Below, piece by piece: positions 62,430-64,000 of a stretch of DNA of 64,000 bases; within the stretch, counting starts at the first letter, position 1; each line of letters begins with the position of its first letter. The DNA comes from Acidimicrobiia bacterium. Its GTDB lineage: Bacteria; Actinomycetota; Acidimicrobiia; Acidimicrobiales; Bin134. A program made the translations under genes and the position numbers. The stretch is from contig VYEX01000021.1 of NCBI GenBank assembly GCA_009842675.1, positions 11,572-75,571 on the forward strand. The letters run 5' to 3'. Below the pieces are notes generated by a model. That model was not told the origin of the DNA. It searched no databases and saw only the letters and a list, made by a program, of their open reading frames with translations.

Positions 62430-63611
62430 GTGAACAACGACCAGAAGTTGGCAACCGGCGAAGTGTGGCGAGAGTTCTGCCATCGACTGAAGGCCGCGGG
62501 CGACCGTCTGCTGGAAGACGACTTTCCTTCGGGGGCGGCTGATCGGGCCGAGGGCTACCGGCATCTAGGCCGACTGCTGATGCAGGGGTGGATAGAGCAG
62601 GTGGAATTTGCCGATCGGGAGTTTCCGGTGATGTACCGCCACAACGACGACGTCATGCGCTGGGGTGGTCCTAACGTGGACAACACCTACTGGCGGGCCC
62701 ACGTGAGCGCTGAACACACCTATCGGGTAAGCGGATGGCTGCCGCCGGGGGCGATGTTTGTGATCCAAAGCGCCCACGGGGAGATGCACCAGAACCGTTT
62801 GGGCATCACCGCTGAGCGCTCCAGCGACGACTTCGCCGTCGAGCCCGACGGCAGCTTCACGTTCATCGCCAGCGCCACTGCCCACGACGGCAACTGGCTG
62901 CCCATCGATGAGCACACCGACCACATCTCGGTGCGGGAATACAACGTGGACTGGGGCGTCGACCAGCCGGGACGGTTCTCCATCGAGCGGGTGGGCAGCG
63001 AAGGCGAGACCCCTGCGCTCCTTGATCCTAGTGATCTGGCCGAAGGGCTGGACCGGGCCATGGCCTGGGCCGAGGACGCTTTGGTGTTTTGGAATCAATG
63101 GATGGAGCGCAGCCGCCGGGCTGCGCCGCCCAACGTGTTCTACGGCCCCCGTTCGGTGCCCGGCGGGGCTGACGCCATTGGCTACGGCGGTTGCTCCTAT
63201 GAGCTGGGGCCCGACGAGGCTCTGGTGGTGACCTGCGAAGTGCCCGAAGCCCAGTACTGGTCGTTCATGCTCTACAGCTACGCCTGGTTCGAGTCACTCG
63301 ACTTCGCCAACCGCACCGTAAGCCTCAACAACGCGCAGATCGCCACCGACCCTGACGGCCGCTTCCGGATCGTGGTCGCCCACGACGACCCCGGGGTGCA
63401 GAACTGGCTCGACACCGAAGGCCGCCCCGAAGCCCTTATCACCTTCCGCTGGGTGCTGAGCACCACCATGCCCACCCCCGAGGGCATCGTGGTCCCCTTC
63501 GCTGAAATCGACAATCACCTCCCCGAGTTCGTCACCCGCCTCACCCCCGACCAGCGGGCCGCCCAAATCGCACTACGTCGCCAATCCCGGGCCCACCGCT
63601 TCCGCTGCTAA
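62430..63611 (+). CDS. conserved hypothetical protein, possibly DUF1214-domain family
   Basis: GTG start. YWSFMLYSYAWFESL...DPDGRFRIVVAHDDPGVQNWLDTEG resembles the DUF1214 pattern from memory. Not verified. Confidence 0.45.
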   Translation: MNNDQKLATGEVWREFCHRLKAAGDRLLEDDFPSGAADRAEGYRHLGRLLMQGWIEQVEFADREFPVMYRHNDDVMRWGGPNVDNTYWRAHVSAEHTYRVSGWLPPGAMFVIQSAHGEMHQNRLGITAERSSDDFAVEPDGSFTFIASATAHDGNWLPIDEHTDHISVREYNVDWGVDQPGRFSIERVGSEGETPALLDPSDLAEGLDRAMAWAEDALVFWNQWMERSRRAAPPNVFYGPRSVPGGADAIGYGGCSYELGPDEALVVTCEVPEAQYWSFMLYSYAWFESLDFANRTVSLNNAQIATDPDGRFRIVVAHDDPGVQNWLDTEGRPEALITFRWVLSTTMPTPEGIVVPFAEIDNHLPEFVTRLTPDQRAAQIALRRQSRAHRFRC

Positions 63612-64000
63612 TTATCCAATCGGGCCTGTTTCAGAGCAGCTCGGACCGATTGCTCAACCGCGTCGGCGACGACGTCGGGATTCTCGTGCTCCCAGAAGCG
63701 CAGGACAGTCCAGCCGGCTTCGGCGAGATGGGCATCGGTGTCTTGGTCGCGGGCGACGTTGCCAGTGATCTTGTTCGACCAGTATTCGGGGTTGGTGGAG
63801 GGCTGGGTGTGGTGCTCAGGGCAGCCATGCCAGTAGCAGCCGTCCACAAACACCGCGATCTTGGCTTTGCGGAACACAAGATCGGCCGTTCGGCGCAGCT
63901 CCGGTAGCGGACGAGTGGCCACCCGATATCGCAACCCCCGACGATGCACCGCCGAGCGAACCGCCAGCTCGGGCTTGGTGTCGCGGCTGCGGTTGCCCTG
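63608..64000 (-). CDS. vsr: very-short-patch repair endonuclease (Vsr), N-terminus cut by the right window edge
   Basis: ...QGNRSRDTKPELAVRSAVHRRGLRYRV...ADLVFRKAKIAVFVDGCYWHGCPEH...EYWSNKITGNVARDQ...GWTVLRFWEHE. The frame stays open upstream of the track start (63949) to position 64000. Confidence 0.88.
   Translation of the reverse strand, partial: QGNRSRDTKPELAVRSAVHRRGLRYRVATRPLPELRRTADLVFRKAKIAVFVDGCYWHGCPEHHTQPSTNPEYWSNKITGNVARDQDTDAHLAEAGWTVLRFWEHENPDVVADAVEQSVRAALKQARLDN

Overview
High-GC, gene-dense chromosomal window. It is probably from an Actinomycetota genome: it has WhiB, MshA/mycothiol, the proC plus small-HTH plus hem synteny, and paired crcB. A b6-type split cytochrome b suggests a deep-branching lineage such as Acidimicrobiia, but that is inference. 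The window is dominated by aerobic respiration genes. In order, these are:
- clpS, then ctaA and ctaB (heme A/O synthesis).
- A caa3-type oxidase operon (ctaC-D-E-F-G), preceded by an unusual three-gene paralog module.
- serS, a resA-like/ccdA/crcB/crcB operon, and a whiB7-like gene with a long leader.
- orn, dut, nadX, amt, tRNA-Lys, mshA and proC.
- A heme-biosynthesis block (sirC-like, hemA, hemC, cobA-hemD, hemL).
- A geranylgeranyl-reductase-family gene and a membrane cytochrome c.
- A seven-gene Rieske/cytochrome b6-type operon, followed directly by a complete nuoA-N operon.
- A tail of accessory-looking genes: a Cache-like lipoprotein, a TPP enzyme, a PQQ-type dehydrogenase, tesB, gtrA-like, methyltransferases and a vsr cut by the right edge.

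No CRISPR array, transposase, integrase or rRNA was seen. The most interesting signals are:
1. An intact heme-copper oxidase subunit I paralog in which, by eye, all six canonical His ligands are replaced. It is translationally coupled to a subunit III paralog and to a membrane protein carrying a subunit-IV-like hairpin.
2. A b6f-like complex operon with an embedded 2x[4Fe-4S] ferredoxin, two unknown membrane proteins and the heme-ci cysteine.
3. A repeated N-terminal [VI]P[ED]HLL[KD]R motif on two different redox subunits.
4. A whiB7-type leader/attenuator.
5. Several short tandem duplications, including a 24-nt coding repeat that carries a Shine-Dalgarno-like GGAGG or TGAGG in each unit.

All calls come from reading the translations and sequence by eye. 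No searches were run.
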